Shown in pieces: positions 54,501 through 64,000 of a DNA stretch of 64,000 nt. The position numbers were made by a program, and so were the translations under genes. Under the pieces are notes generated by a model. That model was given only the letters and a program-made list of their open reading frames with translations, was not told the DNA's origin and ran no database searches. Position 1 is the first letter of the stretch, and every line of letters begins with the position of its first letter. This DNA is from Lingula anatina (lineage: Eukaryota > Animalia > Brachiopoda), in NCBI GenBank assembly GCA_051362555.1, contig CM120642.1, positions 6,138,001 through 6,202,000 of the forward strand, written 5' to 3'.

Positions 54501-54683
54501 CTGTGGAGAGCCTTCTGTCCACGGCGTGTTTACTCCAGCTGTCTGAGGTGGTAGAGGCATGCTGCGGCTATCTCATGAAGCAGCTTCATCCTTCCAACTG
54601 TTTAGGAATACGGCAGTTTGCCGATGCTCAGGGATGTACAGATCTGTATAAAGTCGCCAATAACTATGTCATGGTAAGTGAAG

Positions 54684-54726
<43 letters not shown>

Positions 54727-57700
54727 ATATTTTCATTGCATTATTTGGAGGAAGATCATAAAACTGATAATGATGATAATAATAATCATAGTAATAAGAA
54801 AAATAAAGATAATAGTAATAATAGTTATTATAGTAATTATTATGTATCGAACCCATTTCTTCAGATGATCAGATGTCACAGACCATTTGGTAAGTTGAGA
54901 TTTCTGATGGGTGAAATCGTGGGAAGAGCCCAATATTTCTGTTAAAAAAGAACAGCAGTATAATTATCTCTTTATTTTCATTCTTGAAGGAAAACTTTTG
55001 TGATGTGATGCAAAATCAGGAGTTCTGCGAGCTGTCAGCAGATGAGGTGTCCAAACTCCTGACAAATGACGATCTGAACGTGCCAAATGAAGAAATGACT
55101 TTTCATGCGCTGTGCACGTGGGCAAAACACGACATGAGCACACGCAAAAAATACCTCAGTAAATTACTCGCCAATGTCAAACTGCCATTATTACCTCCAC
55201 AGGTGAGATTGTTTGGATGGTTGGTTGATGCATTGATTGATAGATGGACTGACTGACTGATTGACAGCTTGGTTTGTTAGTTCATTGGTCAGTTGGTGGA
55301 TGGAATAATTGATTAGCAGATTCACAAAGAAATCTTGCCGAGTCAGTTAAGCATGGAGCCTTAAGGTGTGAATTGATCAATGGCCAGGTTTTATAGAAAA
55401 TCTGAGTTAAAAGTAGAATCTGGTGTATGTGGTTCCTTTTAAAGATCTTTTGTTGCTTCCCTAGCTTGCCGTTTCTTTTTGATAAGTAACATTCAGAGGC
55501 ATACTTAAAACCTGAACTTGTTGGAATGAAAAATATGTCACAAAATATTCAAACCCATTCAGGATTGGTAATGTTAACAGAGGTGATATTGGGTATTTTT
55601 CTGGAATGGGTTCTGCACCTTACTGATATGTTATTTTCCTCTGTGGAATTGGATTTAGTCCTTTAGATGCATACTTACACTTAAACCTGTTCAGTAATAA
55701 AATGTGTATCTAAAGGACTAAATCCAATTCCAGTGTGCAAATAGGCTCAGTTTCACAAAATCAGCTATTTTAATTTGACAGCTTCTTTCCTTGATCCACT
55801 TTTAATTTATTTTGTGCTTTTTTATGTTTTTGTAAAACAAGCCCCAATATAATAGAATCATCCCAGTCAGTGTCTTGACAGCTTATCCCCTTCATCCCTT
55901 TTTCAGTTCATTGCGGACCACGTAGAAACTAATGCTCTATTTAAGGAAGACAGAGAATGTCAGGAACTGATAATGGAGGCCTTGAAGTACCACCTCCTCC
56001 CCGAACGCCGCCATTCCCTCCAAAGTCCTCGCACCAAGCCGCGGAAGTCCACGGTGGGCGTCCTGTATGCCGTAGGAGGGATGGACTGCACCAAAGGTGA
56101 GTGTAAGTTGAACCTTTTTATTTAGTTGCTTTAATCTTGCTTATTTCTTTAAAGGCACACAGTGAGCTTTAGACCTTTGTATATTATGTAGAGGATTGTT
56201 TATATTCATGGAAATTTTGACTCTTTGGCTTTTGATCACCCTAGGTTTGCTGTATACAAAACTGATGACACAATCACAATCTATAATCCTTTGTTTTCTT
56301 GGAGTTTCTTATTTTGGAATCACTCTTATAATGAAGATGCACACTGTTGAACACCGCTTTTGGTGATAAGAATAAGAAATACAGAAGTTAAAAAACAAAT
56401 TTATAGATAGTGATTTTCTCAACAGATTTAGATAGGGTACAGCATGTTGTGATAAAGAGAAAGTTGCTGAAGTTTCCTGGAAAATGTTCTCCTCAGCTTT
56501 AAGAAGGTCTAACATGCGTTGTTTGCCTCTGTTAACTTGATAGTTTCTTCAAACAACGGAATTATTTGCACTTCAATATATTGGTGTCTCACCAGACACT
56601 TCCTAATGGATATGAAGCTACATCCATTGCAGTGTAAATAATGCAGAGTTCAGCTGGTGTTTGAAGAAATTATTATTGTCACTTTAGATGTACAACACAG
56701 CTGATAAAATTCTTTGTTGCCTAATCTTTCTTTTTTTATGAAAATTTTTTTTTTTTAAGTAAGAACAGGCACATTTATAGCTGGGTTCTATTTTACTGGT
56801 GGTTGATATTAGATTGTGTTGAGTGATTAATTTTGTTGTCACTTAACTCTTACTTTAATCATTTATTTAACATTAGATGTCACTGATTATGAATTAGTCT
56901 GTTATTTTGCTGTTCAATTGTGGGGTAATCTCAATACATTCTGGCACTTCCATTTATTATGACAACCTCTCTAAGTTGTTTTAATAAAGCAGGTAGTTTT
57001 TAAGAGAGTAAGTCGCTATGTGTATAAAAAAAGTCACTATGTTTTTAAGAGTCACTGAAATGGAATCCCTGTGCTGGGCATTGCTAGTTAACCTGATTGA
57101 ATTTGACTGATCCAAACTTGCAAAAGGGGGGCATCCTCCCCCACCCCACCTCCTCAATAGTGTAATTACATGTTAAGACGAGTTTTAAGTGTTTTGATAC
57201 ATATATGTATGTGTTTAAAGCACAGATTTTAAAAAGGCCAAAGAATGCCTTTGGAATAACCAGAAATTTGTTCTATTCAAATCTAGTATTATCTCTGTTG
57301 ATAACCCTGCTTGGGTGGAGATCTTGGAGCTAAATTGCCTGGTTATCTGCTGATGAGGACTTACTTGGTTAACAGGAGGGCATTTTCTTCATTTCTCTCT
57401 CAGTCAGCTGAAAAGATAAACTGTTGCCACAATGAATTGTGGTTGGATAAAGACTATTTTGGATTGGAATAATTGGATCTAACTTGAGGCCGTCAGACAA
57501 TTCCCAGTTACACTGCAGACTTTTGAATTCCATGTACTTGGTCTTCTATTGAACACAAGTAGGACCAATATCTGTCCAAAGTTGTCCCTGTCTGAGCAGG
57601 CCAGAGAGGACTGATTTGCTGGTGTCGGGAGGATATAGAATGATATTCCTTTGTGATCTCCTCAATTTGTTTTGGGCACTTTGTTATCATTAAAATAAAT

Positions 57701-58998
57701 TAGATATGAATCTACAGACCAGGATATAGAAGATTTGAAGACTTTTGGGGAATCCAAATTTTGTAGTGGGATAAGGATGTTTAATGTTTAATACAACTAA
57801 AATAGAAATATAAAAGAAAAAACATCGTCGTTTGAGAGGCAGTTTAGAGGTTAAAGTGTATGCTTTTGATGGCAGATATCTGGTAAGTTTTTCAACAAAG
57901 AAAACCAAAAAATGACCAAATATTCTCATATATCATACACACACAGGTGCCACAAGCATAGAGAAATATGACTTCCGTGCCAACACCTGGACCCAAGTGG
58001 CCAACATGAATGGCCGACGTCTGCAGTTTGGGGTTGCCGTCCTGGAGGACAAGCTGTTCGTGGTGGGGGGCAGGGACGGCCTGAAGACCCTGAATACTGT
58101 GGAGTGTTATGATCCCAGGAAGAAGACGTGGAGTCTGATGCCACCTATGTCAACACACAGGCATGGACTGGGTGAGTATCTTGACTGGCCTTGTGCTGGT
58201 TTTTAAGGTGCATTTCTAGTAAAGTTAGAACCAATTGACTTTGTGTTATCTGAACAGAGCATGGGGTAGTTTCACAAGAAAACGTTATCCTGAAAATTAG
58301 TGTTTGCTTTTAGGCCAAAAAATTTGTTATTCTCAGTTTAGGATAAATCTATAATAGTCCACTAAAAATGAAATAAAATAAATGTTAGTTTGAAACATGG
58401 GCTATATCTTTCCTGTTATAAAACAGAAGCAAGATTTCAATTAATTGAACTACTACAGATTCATCTTCTGGGGCAAAGTAGACTCAGATTTCAGTCTAAA
58501 AGTTTAGACCAACTTTCACTTTGATAACCAGAATTAAACTGTGCATGTCTTTGCCTCAAGCAGAAGTCTTTCCTATTGAACCCTGGTGCACCAAGGTTCC
58601 TAATGGCTTCCAGTTAATTGGAAAGTGCACTTTGGTGAACCAGAGATAGAGCTTCGACATGCAATTGCTGGCACCATGATTAAATTGGCTTTGTTACCTG
58701 CGTGTGCAGGGCATGGCAATCGCCTCAGATTTCTCTGAAATAGTGGCATCTGGATGATTAATTGAGATATCTAAGATGAGTCCCCCCCCCCTTTTTTTCT
58801 GACAAGGAAATTGGTTTTAGATTTTAACACAGTTAATTGAATTGCTTGCTCAGTGAATTGGGTAGATAAGGTTGCTTTCATAATTTAATTTCATATTCAT
58901 GGCTTTCCTTTCTCCTGTTTTTGCTGTAACTCATTCGAAAAATGTCAGTTCTTTGGACCTGTTTGTAACAAGCTCAGTTAGCGCTAAGTTCCATTCCC

Positions 58999-59029
<31 letters not shown>

Positions 59030-61608
59030 ATGCACGCATACAATTTTCTAGAGATGAAAGTCTTCTTTATTTATATGGAAATACAGATATTTGAGTGATG
59101 TTTTTATGGTCCTTTGGTGCTTGCATTTTCTGAATTTTTTTTAAAAAGTCCACTTTCATCTCTAAATCTATTCCATATGATAATGATTTGATTTGGTATT
59201 TTTTGTCTCAGGTGTTGGGGTATTAGAGGGTCCAATGTATGCAGTAGGGGGCCATGATGGCTGGTCCTACCTGAACACAGTGGAGAGGTGGGATCCCCAG
59301 GCCAGGCAGTGGAGCTATGTGGCCCCCATGTCCACACAGAGGAGTACTGTAGGAGTCACTGTTATGTGTGGGAAGTAAGCACTATTCTGTTTGTGTTTGT
59401 GTGTGCCAGTGCCATCTGTTGGACACAGTGAAAACTATTAAGACCTCAGCAGAAAGCTGAAGCTTCTTTCAGAACTTTTATGATTTCTTTTATCAAGTAT
59501 TAGAATGTCTTAAGTCAGGGTGAAATCAAACAATTTAAGATTAAAAAAAAGAATTATATTAAAAGCATATGATAGAAATAGACTAAGAATGAAATCATTT
59601 TTCAGTTTTCAAGGATTCTAGTAAAAATGTATCTATAATCTGGTAATCCCTTGAATTTCGAAATGTCTCACTCATTTTATTGTTTCACTTTCGAAAATCT
59701 ATCATTTTAGTCACTAACAAAATGCACTTCTTGACTAGAAGCCAACTCCTTTTTCAGGACTTTCAAGTCAATGCATAAAATATTTGTTTTGGAGAATACA
59801 ATAAATACATTTTGTTCAATTGAAGCAAGTAGTTATCATATCTAATATGACAATTTTCAGATTGTATGCAGTTGGTGGCCGCGATGGCAGCTCATGTCTC
59901 AGGTCCATGGAGTGTTTTGATCCTCACACCAACAAATGGAACCTCTGCGCGCCTATGTCCAAGAGGCGTGGCGGGGTGGGTGTGGCCTCTTTTAATGGGT
60001 TTCTCTATGCAGTGGGCGGCCATGATGCTCCGGCCAGTAATCCGACTTCCAGTAGATTTGACTGTGTTGAAAGGTTAGTATAGTGTATAGTGTAAAGGGT
60101 AAGAAGATGGTACCCAGATATGCCTTATATCAGATAATTGCAAGGAACATAGTAGCTTACGCCAACTCTGAAGGATGTTATGTTGTACTTACTATGTAGA
60201 TAAGATCATATTTATTTTTATCTAATACTTTTACTGTATAAAAATGACAATGAATTATTATTATTATTATAATATAAGTCATCCAGTCATGTTTTTCATA
60301 AGTGGTAGTACTCATATTATACATGTTATATATGTTGCACTATTTTCTTACCTCCAGATATGACCCCAAGACAGACGTATGGACCACGGTGGCCCCCATC
60401 AGCTCTATGAGGGATGCTGTGGGGATGTGTGCCCTGGGGGACCGGCTGTTCTGTGTGGGTGGATATGACGGGACGCAGTACCTCGCTGATGTGGAATGCT
60501 ACGATCCAAATACCAATGAATGGACAAAGGTAGATTTTAAACAACTAGGTATCCAAATCCCTTCAACAAATCCCCTTCCAAGTTTTCCAGCCAAAATATA
60601 ATACTGCCTATGAATTTCCCCTTAGTCTCGTATATATATAATTGTTACATGAATTGTTACTGAAGATGACATGCTTCGGGGACTGATTTAATTATTGATG
60701 GATTATTCTATAACAGATGCATGCTTCTCATACATGTTCATTATTATTGAATTAATATTTGTAAATATATTTGTAAAGACTTCATTATATACAGAAAAGA
60801 TGAATTTGACACAATATATTGTGGCAAAAATTCTAGCAACCCCCCCCCCCCCCACACCAAATATATTCTGCCAAAATATTATCTGCAGTCAAAATTACTT
60901 CTTTCCTTTTTTCCTGAGCTTGCACATCTGCATAAGCATCAGGATATACATTCTACTTAAATTGTGTTATTCTTAGCCATAATATAGCAGGTGTAACATA
61001 CTGAGTGTGACCGTGATTGTTTTCTGGTGCACACAAAGTAGATTGCACAGACCCATGATGAGAAATGAGTTTCTTCACAACCTCGGCTCTCTGGGGAAAT
61101 AAATGAAAGTAAATGGTTTCCAATTTGGGAGCTGGATTTTAATTGTTACATGAAGTCTGTTGATTTATTAATGGGACTTCGATTTGATTGATGAGATGAA
61201 CATGGAAAGAAGGAAAAAAACTAAATATATGAGACTTTAGGGAAATAGGCAGAATTATGTTTTGGCTGGAAAACTTGGAAGGGGGTTTCTTGAAGAGATT
61301 TGGTACCTTATGGTGTCGGTAATATATGTAACCACATTTTGGGAGCAGTTGTTGATAAAAAAATGGGATTTTCTGAGTGTTCAGTGGGCTGATATCAGTA
61401 TTATAAAATGGGTTGTATTACTGAAATGAGTCCTTACAAGTGTTGCAGGTAATTTGTGAAAAGTGCATAGCACTAAAGCATTCACTAAGAGGGCATTCAA
61501 GTGCTTCTTTATTTGCAGTTGGCTTCCATGTCATTTCCTTGACTTGATGTGCTTCTTGCAGTATATACCTTCAGTTTTCATATTTCACCAGTAAGATGAA
61601 TCACACTG

Positions 61609-61657
<49 letters not shown>

Positions 61658-62256
61658 ATGAGAATGGGCAATGATTCAATCAAAACTCACCACACGAACC
61701 CATTAGATGGATGACTGGTAATCTCTTCTGTTAATCCTAATTTTAACGATTGAGAATTAATTGCACTTTCTCTGCTGTCTGTGTGTACGGCAGCACAGAA
61801 TTGCTGTGTTGAGTTCTGAGTGATGGATTGTCCATTTGACTGATTAGTCTCCTACTAATTTGTTCCTCAGAGATCTAGAACTTTTGTGCAAATCAGAAAT
61901 AATAAGCCTGCTCAGTTGACAGGCTTCTGATGAAGACTGGGTTAAGGTCAAGGCAGTGATGACATAGAACTGAAGAGCTCTCCAAGTTAAGAACCAGAGA
62001 CCCAGGTGTCACAAAGTGTGTTAAAACTCACATTCATGCATGGTACACCACATCTGGGTCTTTTGTTCTAGCCATCTACCATGGTTTTAAAAACATATAA
62101 ATATACTAAAAAATGACCAACATTAAATTTTACTGTTTTCGTTTTACAAAACTTGTCATTCAGTGAGATGTATCTCTATTGTTTCAGGTCTCTCCATTGT
62201 GCACGGGGCGTGCAGGTGCGTGTGTGGTTCACATACGGCACACACAGCTCATTTGA
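45551..62256 (+). CDS. KLHL5: Kelch-like protein 5 (KLHL1/4/5 family), BTB-BACK-Kelch CUL3 adaptor; shared exons 45551-45873, 54477-54673, 54990-55202, 55907-56096, 57947-58171, 59212-59374, 59861-60073, 60358-60529, 62188-62256
   Basis: BTB ([34 protein letters not shown]), BACK ([23 protein letters not shown]), linker [21 protein letters not shown] and kelch repeats ([64 protein letters not shown]) typical of KLHL5. All junctions are GT-AG with consistent phases. The 1765 shared nt give 628, 634 or 743 aa with first exon A, B or C. Confidence 0.95.
45911..46129. mobile_element. MITE inserted about 40 nt downstream of the BTB exon donor, same family as 30752-31007
   Basis: Ends CATTCCCATAGATTTTAGATCGATCTA and GGATCGATCTAATCTCTGGGAATG; shares ATTTAGCGTGAACCCC with the 30.8-kb copy (reverse complement). 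Confidence 0.65.
54195..54502 (+). repeat. Degenerate tandem array (about 53-bp unit) made of copies of the splice acceptor and start of exon 54477
   Basis: TACTTTCAG|GAAA..TGAGCT..GATGAGTCT-like units with junctions at 54212, 54265, 54317, 54373, 54423 and the real acceptor at 54476. Confidence 0.7.
54684..54843 (+). repeat. (AAT)n microsatellite, perfect then degenerate
   Basis: A perfect AAT run of about 40 nt directly after the 54674 donor, followed by degenerate ATAATA repeats. Confidence 0.9.
55644..55732. repeat. Perfect 25-bp inverted repeat (89-nt hairpin) in a KLHL5 intron
   Basis: TGGAATTGGATTTAGTCCTTTAGAT (55644-55668) and ATCTAAAGGACTAAATCCAATTCCA (55708-55732). Confidence 0.85.
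61610..61655 (+). repeat. (CA)n microsatellite
   Basis: About 23 consecutive CA units. Confidence 0.95.
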
Positions 62257-62484
62257 CAGGAGGCTTGCGGGTCACGGTACGGGGCCTCGCTGTGGCCCGC
62301 AGATGGAAAATGCAGGATCTCCCCGGCTCAGAGACGCAGCCCCCGTCTCACCCCCGCGCTACCTCTAAATTCCATATTCCTGGCCAATGAGAGTGACTCT
62401 TCTGGATCAGAGGGGGAGCTGTTCAAGAGGTCTTTACAAATTATAAAAGAAGAACAGCCCCCACCTTTGGAGACGGCACTTTGA
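62254..62484 (+). other. Candidate stop-codon readthrough cassette and 75-codon C-terminal extension of KLHL5
   Basis: TGA-C, 8-nt spacer, 13-bp stem (62265-62277 with 62290-62302); open frame 62257-62481 ending ...PPPLETAL then TGA 62482-62484. Confidence 0.55.
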
Positions 62485-64000
62485 AGAAGAAGTGTATCTT
62501 AGAGACGCTGCTCTCATTTCCACAGTGTTAACATGGCTTCCAAACTTGCACACTCAGAGGAAAATTTCCTTCGAAAAATTCTCACACAGCTTGCTATGTG
62601 ATCCAAAAGTCTTTTGCTGTAGTGGGAAGATGTTGCCAGCTTCCATTTTGATTGGCTGTGAATGGCCTTTTAGAAGTGTATCAGGCTGTCATTTATAGTG
62701 GAACTGTGCTGCCATCTATATTTGAAAACTGGTTTCACTTTACCATTAGTGTGCATTATGGTCTTTCAGAGAATTGAAGATGGCCCTGGTAAAACTGCAG
62801 TTTACATTCAGCTGTTATGTCTTATCTTTTAGTACTTTCCAACTGACATCATAGAAGGGTTCATGTTGAAGATATTTCTTTTCCGTCAAACATTGTTAAC
62901 ATCTGAAGCTGTGCTTCGTTGTTGAAGTATGCACCCATGCACCTGTTCTGAAATATGCAATCAATTTTTAAGAGTGCCTTTCTTGAATGCACGGCGTTTC
63001 CACACTCGTCTTCTCAATACTGACAGAGTCAGTTTATACACGCTTTTCTGATTGTGATCTCAATCTTAATTGTTTGAGTGATATGGTTTACAGGTGAAGA
63101 AAAGTGAAGGGGAGAGGGGAAAAATGATGCAGTGGGCAGTAATGATGAAGAATGTGATTTATATTGATATCATGTTCTAATGAGGATGAAATACTCTCTT
63201 GTTATTATATTTATTAGCGTCTGATTTTGCAGCATAATTAGATCTGTCCATGAAGCTTGGGAAGAACTAAGTACAGGAGAGCTGGTATCTTCTAAAATAT
63301 TCACATATTTTTTAAAAATCTCATAGTGAAACTCTAGTGAAAGAATATTTGTATGTATTATGAAAGATCAGTCAGACGACATTTGGCTGCATTTTGGCAA
63401 TAATTTAATGACCTTTGTTCAAGTAGTCTGCTATGGGACAGAGTAGAAAATATTTTATTTCAAACTTTGAACATAAGCCCAGCAAATCAGAGCAGTCATG
63501 ATAGTCTTATGCGTTTGATGATTGTTTGGCATATTTGTAGCATTAAATGTGCTGAAGAATCTAGACTCAGCAGCTAGTTTTTTCGTTACCCATGCTTTTT
63601 TGATTTAGCTTACTAACAATTGGTAGGGTGTAATCCACTTAAGTGAAGTAGCCAATTTTGATGTATGCCTGAATCCTTCTGTGAAGGAAAAGTTTCAAAA
63701 CATGTCATCTGTAAATACTGCAAGGTCATCCTTGCCATCTTGTTATAGTTAATATCAACAGGTTATGGCTTCTTTTGTAAATATGTATTATACTTCATCA
63801 AGCAATAAGTGGTGAAAGCAGGTGTTTTTTATTCTGGAGAATGTAAGGGAGTTTTAATTTCCAAGGTGATCTGATGAAGAGAAAAAAAATTGAAAAAGGT
63901 CAAGCAAAGGCAGCTTCAGTTAAGTAAGGGAACATTTTAGGCTCAACAGATTTAACCTAGGGAAGTATAAGATTTTGAACTTAGTACCCAAAGATGTGAC

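Noticed and set aside
54503-54945. ORFs with poly-N or poly-I tails
   Set aside because: Translations run through the 54674 donor into the (AAT)n microsatellite.
62259-62302. H-type pseudoknot after the KLHL5 stop (GAGGC pairing with GCCUC in the loop)
   Set aside because: The complementarity exists, but the connecting loops would be only 0-2 nt, too short to span the stems. Treated as an alternative pairing only.

Overview
AT-rich, intron-rich animal genomic DNA, probably from an invertebrate (inferred from composition and repeat types). Three protein-coding genes can be reconstructed. (1) The terminal exon of a divergent kelch-repeat gene (+, 1958-2655). (2) A complete five-exon EMC6/TMEM93 gene (-, 3746-5179, 116 aa) whose last two introns carry U12 (minor spliceosome) signals and flank a 20-nt micro-exon. 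(3) A KLHL1/4/5-family BTB-BACK-Kelch gene (+), probably transcribed head-to-head with EMC6. Its nine shared coding exons span 45551-62256 and are preceded by three candidate alternative first coding exons (15154, 25753, 39855), all in the matching phase. The strongest lead is a candidate programmed stop-codon readthrough in this kelch gene: UGA-C, an 8-nt spacer, a 13-bp stem-loop, then 75 open in-frame codons ending in a PDZ-ligand-like ETAL. The introns also hold a candidate recursive splice site, a tandem array of duplicated splice acceptors, two Helentron/HINE-like satellite-carrying elements, several MITE-like foldbacks, a 29-bp minisatellite and microsatellites. Exon models were derived by hand from splice signals and frame continuity, and family assignments rest on recalled protein sequences; no transcript data or searches were available.
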